Positions 13,527 through 26,028 of a stretch of 64,000 nt of DNA are shown one piece after another. A program made the position numbers and the translations under genes. This stretch comes from Camelus ferus. Lineage: Eukaryota. The notes under the pieces are model-generated. The model was not told where the DNA came from and made no database searches. It worked only from the letters and a program-made list of their open reading frames with translations. The DNA lies in assembly GCF_009834535.1 (NCBI RefSeq), contig NC_045696.1:101124001-101188000 (forward strand), written 5' to 3'. Positions within the stretch are counted from its first letter, which is position 1. The number at the start of each line of letters is the position of its first letter.

Positions 13527-16138
13527 ACCAGTTCCAGGAGACCCTCCACCTTGACGCAGAGGGAATATTACCACATGCCAACTATCAAACTAGTTGTCAC
13601 TTGGTTTATTCTTCTTCAATGCTAACAGCTATCAAGTATTATCAGATTGGAAAAATGAGGTTCAGAATGTTTATTTCTGTCAAGATAAAAGTCATTAATC
13701 CAGATTTGTCTAAATCTGAAACAAATACTGCATATCCCATACTATAAAGCAATCAATGAACTGAATGAATGAGATTGACTTGTGGTTGTAATCTCCTGCT
13801 ACCCCTAGGAGCAGAACCAACTTCAAGCTCAGTATGAAGTGGTCAGAGATGTTCCCCTCTACTCTTTACCCTGCCCTCCTTATTCCTCTGACTCTGGGGT
13901 CCAATTTCTTCCAGTTTGCATGTTGTCCCACTCAAACAAATACAGATTCTCAGTTGACTTGCGGTGGGGGAAGAAAAGTTCTACTAAACTGTTATTGACT
14001 TACTGTGTTGCTCCTTTCCTGCTTGTAAGCTAGGTTACTTTCGGACTCAATTTTATAAAGATTTCCAGAAGATATTTAAAAAATTTCCTCTGGGATACAA
14101 AGAGACAAATTACTAATAGTGGAATTAAAGGAACAGTGACATGACAAGGCAAAATTTGGGAATGATGAGATTTCCTTATATATCTGTATTAAATTTATAA
14201 TATTCAGTGCACTCCTTAGAAGGGAGGATCAAACTTGATCTCACATTAGATCTGTAGCAGGTGTTTGGAGTAGGGTGAAAAGAGTTCCCATTCTTAATAT
14301 CTTCAAGAGCTTGGCAGTTTTTAGCACTATGAAATGCATGTGGCCTATTCCTAGATACTTTGTTTATCATTGTTTTAACCTTCCCACTGGAAATTATGTA
14401 ACTCTCCTAACACTGAAGCTATGTTTAAAAGATCTGTACATGATTACAGTCTTTTGCAGGCAAGGTGAGCTATAAATACTATCCCTGCAGTTTAAAAAGT
14501 CAAGTACTAGCAATAAAAAAACTTTGCCATTGTTTCCACTGTTAAAAAAAAAAGTTACATGATCTGATGGTTAAGTCAGATTCTGGATTTAATATCTGTT
14601 AATTCCATGAGAGACAGTACTATTCCCTGAACTGGTGAAGATCAGATTGATAATGTGAGAACTTCTCTCAATTGTGCCTTTCAATTTGAGAAAGTGTAGC
14701 CTCTCATGTGTCATTATAAAGGGCACCTTTAATTCCCTTTCCCATATCTTCTCGGTATTTACATTAGTAACATTGCACCATAATTGTATTTTATAAAGCC
14801 CAAGACTCATTTAAATGCCAGAAAATTATGCCAAAGAGATTTCATTTACCACTGGCTGTGTAGGGGATAGAGTTATACAACCCCTATTAATGCTAATGGG
14901 AGTTCATGAATAAATCTTCAAGAATACAGAGAAAAATGTATCCCAAGAAGGACATGAAATGAAGACAATAGGCTCACTAGAGCAAAGTTAAATGGCAGTT
15001 TGATTTTCTGAGCTAATACCTCATAAAAATAGAAGTCACTTGCACTTAAATTCACTTAAGAATAGTGCTTTCTTTAGTAAGAATTCACTTATCTCTCTGA
15101 CAACTCAACTCATAAAATTTGCACAAATAACGAATTTTATTATTGGCAATTACCAATCATTTTTCAGTATGTAATGACCTGAAGACCATTTATACAGTAT
15201 CCTGGCTCCTTGTAATTGTCATTGAGTGAATATCTAGGTGATAAAACACAGTTTTAGAAATAAATCACCACAAAATTATATAATTGTAGTTGTAATACTA
15301 CAAATTAGAAGATACTACCTACATGAACTTCCATAGACACTAGAAGACTGAAATATTTTTGTATGGTTTACTGGCAAAAGATGCAGCTATTTTTTAAAAT
15401 ATGGTGGGAGTCTTTTTAAACTAAAATATAATTCTAAATATTATACAAGGTATTATCGTCAGGTTTTTTAATATGTTAAAAAGCTATGAACTGTTAAGAT
15501 TTAATTTTGGGTGATTCTTCTGTTTACCTTTTTTTTCAGTTTAGAGCCAAATTGTTTTTGTGGAACAACTGAGATTTTTTTTCCATAGTTAATTTTGATG
15601 TTTCATTATTTTAACAGAGTAGTCTTCATATATAATGAAAATGGAAGTGTAAGTATGTTTAATGTCAAATGTATACATATAAATGCAATCATATTTGTTG
15701 AAATTGGTTCTATATTAATTTACTAGCCTTTACTTATATTGCATTTTCTAAATATGTCAATAAAAATGAATGACTTCTGACTATAGAATACATTTTATTA
15801 AAAAAAACTTAGGTCATTTAATTTCTCTCAACATAATGGATAATTTAATATTTCAATTTTTAGGGCTATACAGATAGACTATCCATTTTCCTATTCAACT
15901 TGCCCTTAAGAGATAGACATTTGCTATATAATACACTCAAATTTTAAATGTTATATCTATAAACAGATTAATAGTAATTTATAAAACAGATCAGGTGCAG
16001 AACAACTTTATTAAAATATATCTGTCAAGATGAGTTTTTTAACTCAAATGACAACAAAAGCAACAACAACAAACATATTTCAACTGCAAGAGCACAGTAC
16101 AACATACTTTAGGTTTGTATTTTTGAAAATATTATTTG

Positions 16139-16300
16139 TGGGGGAGGGTATAGCTCAGTGGTACAGCCCACGCCTAGCATGCATGAGGTCCCGGGTTCAA
16201 TCCCTAGTACCTCCATTAAATAAGTAAATAAATAAATAAACCTAATTATCTCCCTGTCCCCAAAAACAAATGAATAGAAAACTAAAAAAAGAAAAAAGAA
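16139..16300 (+). mobile_element. tRNA-derived SINE, camelid Vic-1 type, full length
   Basis: ggggagggtatagctcagtgg (A box 16151-16161), ggttcaatcc (B box 16194-16203), A-rich tail, perfect 13-bp TSD aaaatattatttg at 16126-16138 and 16301-16313. Confidence 0.93.
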
Positions 16301-16624
16301 AAAATATTATTTGAAATTTTGAAACATAAATTGAACTTATCACTGCACATATACATTAGGTTTGCTAAGATTCACCATTATCACACCCACTGAGTTACTT
16401 TTTAATATAAGAGAAGCAAGTAATAAGAGAACAGGGATGTCAACTGGTGCCACCATTCATGCGACTTAAAGCTCAAAATTTGACAACTCCTAGGTCCCTC
16501 ACACCCCAACTTTCCATGAGCCAAACTCGTTGATGGTACTACAAGTTCCAGGGGAAGAAAAGGGCATTATATATAAAAGACCAGTTAAACACGTCTTATC
16601 TGATATCTAGAACAATACAGAGGG

Positions 16625-16805
16625 ATGAGAAAAGGCTTTAGGATCAGATAGCCTGGCTTGAATCTTAGATTCAGTACTTAGCAGCTGTGTCACCTGAAGT
16701 ACACACTTAACACTTGCTGAGCTTCAGTTTCCTCATCTTCTGTAGTAAGCAAACAATATCTACCTTATAAGGTGATTAAATATATACATTATTTGTTAAA
16801 AGCTT
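16625..16805 (+). mobile_element. MIR SINE
   Basis: Core motif ctgagcttcagtttcctcatct preceded by tagcagctgtgtcacct. Confidence 0.8.
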
Positions 16806-18529
16806 CTGATACAGGAAGTGACCATTGGATAACAATGATTATTCAAGCATGTGCTGACTGCACGTGTGTGTTGATGGCGGTTGGATAGTATCAACTTTCC
16901 TAATGAAATCAATACATAGCAAATTGACATCAGCTCTGTCTGAATTCATGGAGTTTAAAATTTTTCCACTTTAATTTAACAATCTGTAACACCTCTGACT
17001 TATTCAATGAGATCAGCGCCTGATTCACCAACATTGTACAGGGCAATCTTCTCTTTGTTGTTTCCAGAATCTTATCTCCCACCTGAGTTTTGAATGGCAC
17101 CTCAGATAGCTAGAGGAATAGCCACTTACCCTGAAGCTCCCTAATAAGTACTTTTGGCATGATCAAATCGAATACTCATTGCACTCGAACTGTTGAAATT
17201 AATGACTATCAGTATAACGGAAGAAAAAGAAAATACTCAACTATTTATAGAAATATAAAACAGTGAGCTATTTTATAGAAAATCATGAACAGTCATCTAG
17301 CTCCAAATCTCTCTTACCAAGAAAAGAAAGAAAACGAAAAAACATTTCCCATCTTGGAACCCCAGACACCATACACTTTAACTAGTCCAAGTGTGCTCGC
17401 TTAAGATGAATAAGGATAGGTAGTGGTTTCCTTGAAACCTGGTTTACCCACTGCAGAGCTACTTCAGTATATTTTTTAAGGGGAGGAACCAGTACATTGG
17501 GTCTGGAGTTAGCATTGCTTAGATAAATGGAATGTCCATAGTGGCAGTTCCCACCTGTTACCAAGATGTTATTCGTACAGTGGATCTCACCTAAGGTCAT
17601 CACCACCAGTGGCTGTCAGTGCACATGAATCCATCTCCTAATGGGTCTTTTATCAGCACTCTTAATTGCTTTATCATTTCTAAGTCCATTTAATTACAAG
17701 GGTGAGGGATTCTTTTTGTCATTAGTTTGACTGGTTTGTGAAGCTAGGTTTGGAACCCTGAAATACCAGAAGGAAATAAGTAAGTAATAATACATAAAAT
17801 TTCATCCACAGAAGAGTATCCTTTACTAACCAAATTTTCATCTTTCTCATGAGTCTTGTTGCCCTTTTTCCCAAGAAGAGAAAATCATAACAAAATTCAT
17901 TAAGAACTCTCCTCAAACTCTTTGATGTAGGAAACAGTCCAGCTGCAATTTATTCCCTCTTCCTTTTATCTCCTGGGAAAAGGAGAAGCTGGTTGATTTA
18001 ACCTAGCCCTAGCCTTTATCACAGAGAAAAATATGTGTCCTAAAGGATGAAATAAGGGTGATGGGGAAATCTCTCCCTGAAAGATGATGCAAGAGTCTGT
18101 CTGATCCTTCTAAATATCATATCTAATATATTTATTTTACAAAAGTCTGTAACATCCCAACACTGTTTTTTAGATTCAACAGAATAGGCTTATCTTCTTT
18201 ACTGTGAAAGTTTTAATGCAAAAAGGAATATAATGAGATCCATCTCCTTGAGATCACTGCTTGCTTCACACAGATCATTATGCTTATAAAGGGATAGTGG
18301 CTGGGAGCTTGTATCAGAGTCATACAAGAAAAGCTGTCAAAGGGGTAAAACAGTTGATTTATGTGTTAGCAAAGCAACGGGTGATGAAAGCTGGTGAGAA
18401 TGTACAAGGTTTAGGCCAGCAGCACTGGCAGTAACACATGCAATCAATAGTAGAAAGTGATCATGTGCTAGGTAATCATCTTTTTAGTTCAGTCACCATC
18501 TTTTCAATCATACTTTATGGATATAATCT

Positions 18530-19750
18530 CATTTTGTTATTTTTAATTTGCTTTATCTGTGTTGTAAGAACAATGCATGTACTAGGTAGCAAAAATCCAG
18601 TCACTAGAGAAGGATGTAACATGAAAATAAGTCTCCTCCCTTCTTCTCAGAGGCGTTATTCAATAGTCTGTTTTTAGGACTTCAGTTAATTATCTCAATA
18701 GCTATGAAAGTTACATGCACACATCTGTTAATTAATTTGTCAGTATTAAATAAGATTTATCCTTCCCATAAAGTTGACATATCTTACTACAGTTCCATCC
18801 TTTACTTCTATACTCCTAAATCTTTGCTAACTACATATATATTTTTATTTTTATTTTTTATCCTAGTATAACCTTGATATTTATGTGTAACACACTTAAA
18901 CATCTATTTCTTTACTCAAATACTTTTTAGAGAGTTATATTGAGTTTTAAAGGAGAGAGAGGGAGGAAGAATATTGGATCTATTTATTTTGCATATTCTT
19001 TATTAATACACTGGCTTGCTCATTTGTTCTCTTGTGTACTCTCTATAGCTACCTTCACTTTATGCCTAAGGCCCTCTGGTTACTTAATTATATATTTGTT
19101 ATAAAGAGCCCATTTTTTAAAGGTATTTTTCTGGAAGTTCAAAGAATTCCTATTTTAATTTGTACCAATTGCTTTCTAGGCCAGCGTCACAGTTTTCATC
19201 TTAGAATTGTCCTTTCTTTTGATTTCATGAGCCAGGCCCTATTTCTTGGAGGACTTGCACCCCTCACAACAGCTATACTACTTCCTAAGTCAATTTAAGA
19301 AAAAACCTCTTAGTAGTGGCACCATATCTGAGCTCTTGCATGTACAAATTAAGTGTTTTACTCTCACGCCTGCTGGACGATTTGGCTGATATTCTGATTC
19401 CTCTGTGTTCTGCTTGTCCACAGTGATCTCTGTTTTTTTGTTGCGTTGTTCTTCGGTTGTCTTTAGTCATCCATCCATGTTTGTCAATGAAGGATTCGGT
19501 TACTTAATAATATTCACTAGTAAAGTGGGCGTTCTCTCTAGCAATGTATTTTATAGCTATTAAGATTTATTTGTTTAAAATATCTTCCACTTTGAAATCT
19601 CAATAGCTCTTAAAGCCCTTTTTTCATAGCAGTGTGTTTTATGACATGCTATTTGTCATTGTAAGATTTTGCAGAAACATCCGTATCATTTTATAAAAGA
19701 TTAGGTTACATCTTTTTTTTTCCATTTCTGCTGGGGCCTATACCCTGTTA
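18530..19750 (-). mobile_element. Ancient L1ME/HAL1-like fragments
   Basis: T-rich degenerate stretch starting with a reversed old-L1 3' end (aatgcatgtactaggtagcaaaaatccag...gaaaataagtctcctcc); family uncertain. Confidence 0.4.
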
Positions 19751-20542
19751 TCAGTGCTCATAAATTCCTGCAGTGATTGTGAAATAGCCTCTTCCCTGGC
19801 CTCTTTGCTACTGGCCATCCATTTATTTCAAATTAGAAAGTAGTTAGGCGTTTTATAAAATACTACATTGAGCCTGTCATGCTCATTCCTGTCTAGAAAT
19901 AAAAGGAGCAGACGAAAATGCCATTCCTTTTTCTCACATTAACTTAAATGCCTTTGGAATCCTTGCACAGATTAATAAACACAGATCCTTAAGGGATATT
20001 GACCCAAGATCCGTGTCATTGTTTAAAGCTTTTCTTTTTTTTCAGACATGGTTTCAAGTAGGAAAGGCTGGCTTTAAAAATGAGAATCTGTATGTTGGGA
20101 AAAGGTGCGTTATAGCTGCCCAGCTAACCATGGTTCTCCACTAGGAAGAAGCGAAAGGAACTAGATGCTTAAGTAACTGCTTAAATGGATTTGGTTCCTA
20201 GTAGCCTGAGGGGGTGTTGTAATTACCCTGTTAGGGATGTTCCATTGGAAGACTACAGAATTTTACTCAGGTCTGTTTCCAGTGTAATTTTTGGATTTAA
20301 AAGTAGAATAACTCAGTAAGTGTTGTTCTCACTGGGAGTCATTCCAGTTCCCCCTGAGCCTCCCTGTAAAGACAGGATTTGGAAAACAATGAATATAGTA
20401 ATCCTTCTAATCTTTCTCTTGACTGGAAGTAGTTCAGTGTGTTCCAGAGGCAGATTGCTGTGAAATAAATTCTAAGTTAAATTTCTTTAATACGTCTTGC
20501 TCCTGGGATTTCTGGAAATATTTTCGAACACTGATTTTGACA

Positions 20543-21040
20543 TGTATTGGAATGTACGTGTGTTGCTTTAAACCACCCAACATCTTTGGTCTCTTCTTCT
20601 GGTAATAACATCTCATTTTGTCTGGGGGAAATGCTTCTCCCCACACCAGCAAGGTGGAAGGCTCCAGCCCGACAGCCTCTTGACCCCATCTCAAAGGTCA
20701 TGTAAGTAGCTGAGATTGTACTATCACTGTGTGATGTGACTCTGGGTCAGAATCTTTCCCTGGGATTTCTCATAAGTCCTCTTTGGTTATAGAGACATGC
20801 GTACATGAATACAAGGCATGACGGTTGAGAGACTGAAAACAGAACTAAGAGGAAAGAAGAAACGTGAGGTTAAACATGGCTGGGCTGGCAGTAAGCCATG
20901 TCTAGACCTCTCCAGCTTTGGGGGACTTTCTGCTTCTCCCAAATCATTCTTCATTGCATGAATTATCCCAGTTTCCTACCAATAAATCCTATATTTTCTA
21001 AGACTACTGTGATTTTCAAATAAAAACCCTTTCTAACACA
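20543..21040 (+). mobile_element. MaLR solo LTR (MLT1K/L-like)
   Basis: TG start (tgtattgg...cttcttctggtaataaca...ttgtctggggg), internal aataaa, ends taacaca. Confidence 0.7.
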
Positions 21041-21700
21041 GAAATCATACTGCTTAGGCATCTCCTATGTCAAAAGGCAGCTTGATGGAGAAGGAAGGGC
21101 AGGGGTTTAGAACGTACACATCACTGATGGGACTGCAGGCTGCCACTGTCTCCTCAGAAAGCTGCTCTTCTGCTTCATTGTGTTTAAAAATGTGTTAATG
21201 CTTATTTTAAAGAACAATACATCTCAAAATACTTATGAACATCACCAAGTATCTATGTTCTAAGGCACCACAGACGCAAATAACAAAAACACAATGGTTA
21301 CCATAAAGTTGATTACATTGAAGAGTCAAGGAAGCAAATGATTTTAATATCACCAAAGTGCTGTGGGAAAATAAATGAGGCACCGACTTAAACCTGGAGC
21401 TATGAACATAGGCATATTGAAGTCTATAGGTTAAGGAGTTTTTACCAGACAACAAATAGCATTACAGGTACACACTGACATGAAGAGGGTGAGAACACAC
21501 ATGCACACATACACACACACGACGCTTACAGTCTGGGGAAGGAAGAATGACTAGAAACCACGGGAAGAAAGAGGAAAATGAACCAATCATGAGCACTGAG
21601 GTATCCTGGGCTATCATTTAGCTTATTACTCACTACTCTTTGGATACATTTTTAGCCTTCACCGGGATGTGTGAATCTCAGTCCACAAACTAATTGTGCC

Positions 21701-21730
21701 CCAAACCAAACCAAACCAAACCAAACCAAA
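21701..21730. repeat. (CCAAA)6 pentanucleotide repeat
   Basis: Seen directly in the sequence. Confidence 0.95.
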
Positions 21731-22231
21731 TAAGAGAAAATCAGTGCATTCTTTAAATTAATTTTGCTGCAGAATTCTCATTTTGTTTGGCAGGTGGGAA
21801 ATTAGATCTAGTTTTCTGACTCTTAGTCCTTGATCAGTCTTCAACCTGGAGCATACTCTGGTGTCTCCCAGTCTGCAGGGCTTCTTGTGGCTGTAGCACT
21901 TTTGTACTGTCTCTTCTGTGCAGTGATTGGGTCATGCAAATCTCAGGGAAACATTGCCCTGTGGTCCTAGCATTTCCTCAAGGCAATGATCATGAACCCT
22001 CTTGCCATGGAACCCCAAGACTCTCAACTCTACCTAGAGTCTGAGAATCTCTTATATTCAAGAAAAGCCTTCTATCTATTTTAAGCATGGGATCTTCACC
22101 TTATACTGAAGCCTACATTTGCAAAGAAGTGAATTTCTATCAAAGTAACAGCCTCTGTCTGCAGTAGGTTTCATAGTAAGTAGAGGGCCTGTGAAAAGTA
22201 ACTGTTATAATATATTCCTAGAATAAAAAGA

Positions 22232-22880
22232 ATTATTTTAACAAATATTTATTGAAAACCTAGTATGTCCCAGACATGAATCTAGATGCTTACAATTCTA
22301 CAATTAGAGACAGACAATAAACAAACAAAAAAAACATTAAAAATGATTTAGTATTTTTTTCTATTTTTAAAATTTTGTATCTATACGAGATAATGGATGT
22401 TCACTAAATTTGTGAAATCATTCTAGGATGTAAGTGAAATCATTACGCCATATACCTTAAATTTATACAGTGCTGTATGTCAATTACATTCCAATAAAAC
22501 TGGAAGGAAAAACTGTAGTGTGTTAAAAGGTGATAAATCCTATGATGCAAAAGAGAGCAGGTAAAGGGAGGTGGATGGGTGAATTTCAACTTTAAGTAGG
22601 GTGGACATGAGACTTAAAGGAGGCAAGCTAGGTGGCCAGAACGTTATCTGAGTATAGAGTATTTCAAGGCGAAAGACCTACCAAAAAAGGGTCAAAGTTG
22701 AGAAAAACACCAGTGTGCATGAGGAACAGCAAGAAACAGTGCCTGGAGCTGAATAAGCTAGAGGCAAAGGAGGAGGAGGTACCGGACCCGATTGTGAACT
22801 CTCTCTCAGGCCACTGTTGTAAGGATTGTTTCACGGTGAAATAGGAGCCATTGGAGAGTGTGGAGCATCTCTTAAATCTT
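22232..22880 (-). mobile_element. LINE-2 3' fragment interrupted by a short L1
   Basis: aacaaatatttattgaaaacctagtatgtcccagac (reverse L2 tail) and downstream ggccactgttgtaaggatt...ggagccattggagagt. Confidence 0.75.
22347..22511 (+). mobile_element. 5'-truncated L1 (L1MA/MB-type 3' end)
   Basis: gagataatggatgttcactaaa...ataccttaaatttatacagtgctgtatgtcaattacattccaataaaactgg. Confidence 0.8.
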
Positions 22881-24689
22881 TTAAAAACACATAGTTGACA
22901 TAGTGCCCTCCCAATTTATTGATACAAGCTGTTGACAATTTCAAAAGTGGGGGAAAAAAGAAAACAAGAGAAGGATTTTTAGAGTTAACAAAATAAAATT
23001 TAAATAAACCTTAAGAAGTACACAGCACCAAGTCCCTTTTTGCTAAACATAGAAGGGGATAGAATATCAGTTAGTAGCACTCTGAGCAATTGGAGAAAGG
23101 AAGCTGCATGTTGTTCCCAGATGAGATTTCAAAGGTACCAGATGCAGGCCGAGCCTCTCTGCCAAACAGCAACAGAGACAGTTCTTAAGTTCCAGGGGGA
23201 GCTTACCTTTAACATCTGGAGTCAGCTGGCAAATACAGACAAAGCCAGGGAATAAGCCTGCTGCTATTTTATCGGCTAAGAGTCATTACAATAAGATGTT
23301 ACTCAATGTACTACATTTCGGAGTGCTACGTGCAGTACTATCAAAATCACAGAGTAGGATGTCAACCTGAAAGGGTCAGGAGTATTCTAAATACTTATAG
23401 ACGTAATAATTAGATAACAGTCTGGAAACTGTGTTCAGAATACACATTGTTATTTCCAGATATGGAAATAAGAAATAGCTGTTTATCAAAAACAAGCATT
23501 AGGATTAGTGATTGATATTCGCTGCTTTGAGTGGTATCCGTATTTGCGTGAAGTACATACAGAACTTTATTAGCTACTGGTGAGATTGTTTATGTAATTT
23601 TATGTCTGCAGTTACTAAAGAAACTGAGTTGTAATTTTGTTGTTACTGCTGTTGTTATTTCATTTCTAAAACTAAGAAGTTGAGAAAGAATTTCTATGCC
23701 ATTTGTATAGCACTTGTTTTAGCATTCTTAAAAATATTGTTATTTAACGGTGCTTAAATTATCTTTTCTCCAACTTAATTGTAATGACCTCAAAATTAGT
23801 TGTTCTAATAATTGTTTGTGTTACCTAGAGAAATTTAACAAAGCCTGGAACACAGATTCTTAGTAAATATTTAAGTATAACTTTTATTGCACATTCTTAG
23901 ATTTTAGAGATGTGTGAAATGTTAATTGTTTTTTTTCCCAATACATTACCATTGTCTGTAAATATAGCATAAATCTGAAAAATTCATTTTATATATAAAG
24001 TCCTCTCCCACCATAGATTTTTCATGCCATCTAAGGAAGGAAGAATAATCTTAAGGAAGGTATAATTCCAAAAGAAAAAGAAAAGATAGTAAGAACTTAA
24101 AAAGTCTATTGTTTTTATTTTAAAAAGCAAAATGGTGTATAAAGATGTCAAAGAACACTTTTAGTCATAAAAGTTAAAAGTAAGTAAAAGAACAGATACA
24201 AGCACCGAAAATAAGGAGGGCAAGGCAATCCCTACTGATTGTAGATCAATAGATATAAATTGTTCATTGTCACCTTTTCATGGCAAAACTGACATACATG
24301 TGTGGATTCTGGAACAAGAATAGCTTAAGAAATGCATGTCTTATTGTGCAACTCAGTGTGGATAAAAATGAGTTCTACTTTGGACTGAAAATCACAGTTT
24401 CTCTAATCTGTGTTTTGTGAAGATTTCCAACCCAAGGATGACAAACGTTTAACAGTGCTTCTCCAAACACGTACATGAGCTGGCTTCTCACCCATCTCTC
24501 TCTGCTCCTCTCTTCATGTTCCCTTTCATTGCACTTTCTTTAGTTCTATAGAAGGTTATGAGGGTGTGATGATGGCAGTAACAGTAGATAAAGTTTGCAA
24601 GGAACCATGGTGGTTCAGGTCACAGGGGAAAATTGAGAAGGAATGATGTGATGAGGTAGGTAAGTTACAGCTTAGAAGGAAGGAAGGCA

Positions 24690-24942
24690 CCAAAAGAGCT
24701 CAAGCTGTTTCAACTCCGCACTGTTTGGGGTTCCCATAGCAGGCACCAGACACTGCCTGAAGGAGCTTTCAGATAATTTCCACCCCAGCATTTGAGCCAC
24801 CCTGACACACACTGAGTGAAGCATACATAAGCTTAGCATTTCCAGGCCCTTCACAGAGTGCAAATTCTTGAGGAAAATAAATGTTGTTGTTAAACCACCA
24901 AGTTTGGGAGTGGTTTTTACACAGCACTGGGGAACCAGAACA
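24690..24942 (+). mobile_element. MaLR LTR 3' part (MLT1G/H-like)
   Basis: aaaataaatgttgttgttaaaccaccaagtttgggagtggtttttacacagca...accagaaca, a typical MLT1 terminus. Confidence 0.75.
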
Positions 24943-25754
24943 CAGGGTCACAGTGATTTAAATGACTACGGACTTTGCTTCAAGAAATGATGAAGGCCAG
25001 AAACATCTGAGAAAACATCTTTAAGGTGATTAAAGACAAAGAAAATGATCAACCCAGAATTATAGATCCAGGGAATACATCCCTCAAGAATATGACAAAA
25101 TAAAGACATATTTAGGTAAAAGAACACCGACAGAAATTGTCCCAGCAGAGCTGCACTAGTAGAAATAGTAAATCTAGTTCTTCAGACTGAAATAGAAACT
25201 CAGATCTGCACTGACAAACAAAGACCATCAGAAATTTAAGTAAATTTGGCTGTATGAAATAAAAATTACCACCTTTTGTATAATATAGAGATACCATGAC
25301 TTGGATAACTATATCATAAAGGATAATGGGGTTGGGGTAAGTAGGCCACAGAGTTGTAAGATCTGCTACATTTCACATGAAAGTTTACAACATTAACTCT
25401 GAACAGACTGGGGAAATTAGAGGATTCATAATAAAATCCCCGGAGCAACCAGTGAAAGTCACGTATAACTAAAAATCCAATAAATAAATTAAAATAAAAT
25501 TCTAAAAAAAATAAAATAAGTGAGGAAAAAGTGCAGAGAAACAAAAAAAAAGAGATGTCAAGCCAAGTAAAAATGATAAATAATAAAATGTTAAACTCAG
25601 ATACAAACATATCAGCGATTATATGAAATATGAATTAATTTTTTATCTAGTTAAAAGCAAACATGGCCAGAATGGATAAATAAACAAGACCCAATTCTGT
25701 GTTGTCTACGTTTACTTTAAATATAAAATCCCAGGTAAACCAAAAGTAAAATAA

Positions 25755-25758
25755 AGAC

Positions 25759-25789
<31 letters not shown>

Positions 25790-25801
25790 TAGACAGACAG
25801 A
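25755..25801. repeat. Compound (GATA)n/(GACA)n microsatellite
   Basis: Seen directly in the sequence. Confidence 0.95.
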
Positions 25802-25816
25802 GAGGTATAGTTAATG

Positions 25817-26028
25817 CAACCAATTCTCATTATTCATAGATTCTGTATTTGTGAACTTGCTTCCTCCCTAAGTTTATCTGTAAGGCCCAAATCAATACTT
25901 GCAGTGCTTTCATGATTATTCATAGACTTGCACAGAGCTGTAAAAATCTGAGTCAACTTAAACATCTGCTCCCTGTTGGGGTATAAATGAGGCCACTCTT
26001 TGCCTCCTTACATTAGCTCTCATACTAT
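25817..26028 (+). mobile_element. MER82-like TcMar-Tigger fragment inside the L1
   Basis: ctcattattcatagattctgtatttgtgaac...aaatcaatacttgcagtgctttc...agctctcatact matches the remembered CpG-decayed MER82 left end. Confidence 0.75.

Noticed and set aside
14660..14700. Short imperfect hairpin as a possible miRNA
   Set aside because: Stem too short and AT-rich for a pre-miRNA.
16141..16215. tRNA-like gene
   Set aside because: Followed by a SINE body and A-tail and flanked by a TSD, so it is a SINE head, not a tRNA.
17393..17402. GTGCTCGCTT, identical to the 5' end of U6 snRNA
   Set aside because: The match stops after 10 nt; chance.
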